64,000 nt of DNA, from the NCBI RefSeq assembly GCF_003334765.1, contig NZ_QOWT01000001.1; one strand, written 5' to 3'. The notes below the pieces were generated by a model. It searched no databases. It had not been told where the DNA came from and saw only the letters and a list, made by a program, of their open reading frames with translations. Of the stretch, positions 63,054 to 64,000 are shown piece by piece (positions within the stretch are counted from its first letter, which is position 1; the number at the start of each line of letters is the position of its first letter). A program made the translations under genes and the position numbers. The DNA comes from Escherichia coli (GTDB taxonomy: Bacteria; Pseudomonadota; Gammaproteobacteria; Enterobacterales; Enterobacteriaceae).

Positions 63054-64000
63054 TCAGGCAGAGGTAAATTGCGGGATGTTATGCCATAACGGCCAGCTAA
63101 ACGAGAAGCGGGCACCACCCAGTTCGCTGGTGTCACAATTAACCGTACCGCCCATTGCCAGTGCTATAGAGTGGACAATTGCCAGCCCCAGCCCGCAGCC
63201 GCCGGTTGAGCGATCCCGGCTGGGATCGAGGCGAACAAAAGGTTCAAAGATATGTTCGCGGTTTTCTGGGGCAATCCCTGGGCCATCATCCTCAACAATT
63301 AATGTCGCTCTATTCCCCGACAGTAGCAGGCTGGTTTCAACCGTTGAATGGCAGTACCGCAGGGCGTTATTGAGCAAATTATCCAGCACGCGCTCCATTA
63401 AGCGCATATCCAACGCCGCATAATGGCCTTGCACGAGCGTTTTTATCCGTACCGTTTTATCGGGCGTTACTGCCTGAATATCTGCCAGATGCGTTGACAG
63501 CCACAACGGCAGGTCTGGTTCGCTAAGATGAAGCTCGTTTTGTGGGCGATCGAGTCGGGCATAAGTCAGCAGCTCTTCAATTAAAGCTTCAAGTTGACTG
63601 ATATCACGATTCAACGCCTGGGATTCGGCGGCGCTCAGGTTATCGCTCATCTCCAGTCGATAACGCAGGCGCACTAACGGTGTTCGCAGTTCGTGAGCGA
63701 TACCGTCAATAAGCTGTTTTTTGCTGGCAATTAAGGCGTTGATATTGTCCGCCATCTGGTTAAATGCGACGCCAAGTCGTTCAAAGCTCGAACCCTCATC
63801 AAAGTGGATACGTTCATTGAGATGCCCATCGCCAAATCGTTGCGCCGCTGCTTCCAGTTTTAACATATCCTGCCAGTGCGGACGCATCCAGATAAACACC
63901 GGAAAGGCGAGGGAAATAGCAATAAAAGCGATCAGGGCGATATCCAGCAATCGCATCTGATGGAGATAATAAAGATAAGGAACAGGACCAACTGCCAGCA
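63054..64000 (-). CDS. rstB: Sensor histidine kinase RstB, C-terminal about 315 codons; 5' end lies beyond the window end
   Basis: Minus-strand frame open to the window edge (ORF track shows only the internal-Met portion 63054..63956); H-box IAHELRTPL, N-box NLLNNALRY and G-boxes DDGPGI, GGCGLGLAIV. Confidence 0.9.
   Translation of the reverse strand, partial: LAVGPVPYLYYLHQMRLLDIALIAFIAISLAFPVFIWMRPHWQDMLKLEAAAQRFGDGHLNERIHFDEGSSFERLGVAFNQMADNINALIASKKQLIDGIAHELRTPLVRLRYRLEMSDNLSAAESQALNRDISQLEALIEELLTYARLDRPQNELHLSEPDLPLWLSTHLADIQAVTPDKTVRIKTLVQGHYAALDMRLMERVLDNLLNNALRYCHSTVETSLLLSGNRATLIVEDDGPGIAPENREHIFEPFVRLDPSRDRSTGGCGLGLAIVHSIALAMGGTVNCDTSELGGARFSFSWPLWHNIPQFTSA

Overview
This window reads as conserved Escherichia coli K-12-type core chromosome from the replication-terminus region, in reverse orientation relative to the usual K-12 map, running ydhS-ydhR-valWV-ydhQ ... 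rsxABCDGE-nth ... uidRA(B)C-ydgA-manA-fumAC-tus-rstB. Nearly every ORF-track frame matches the length and sequence I recall for a named K-12 protein; all identifications are from memory, with no database search run. I found no evidence of a foreign island or novel system: no integrase, transposase, IS end, CRISPR array, phage genes or unexplained gene-sized gap. The one clear structural anomaly is a roughly 1 kb deletion fusing a truncated uidA (beta-glucuronidase) out of frame to a 5'-truncated uidB, which should make the locus GUS-negative. Other items worth a second look are the 96-bp in-frame tandem repeat array in rsxC, the poorly characterised slyA-ydhIJK efflux-like locus, the passenger-only adhesin-like ydhQ, the Cys-rich ydhL beside a perfect NemR-box palindrome, the TerB site next to tus, and two small proteins (ynhF, blr) absent or masked in the ORF track. 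Hand-counted coordinates for non-CDS sites (tRNAs, hairpins, operators, REPs) may be off by 1-2 nt.
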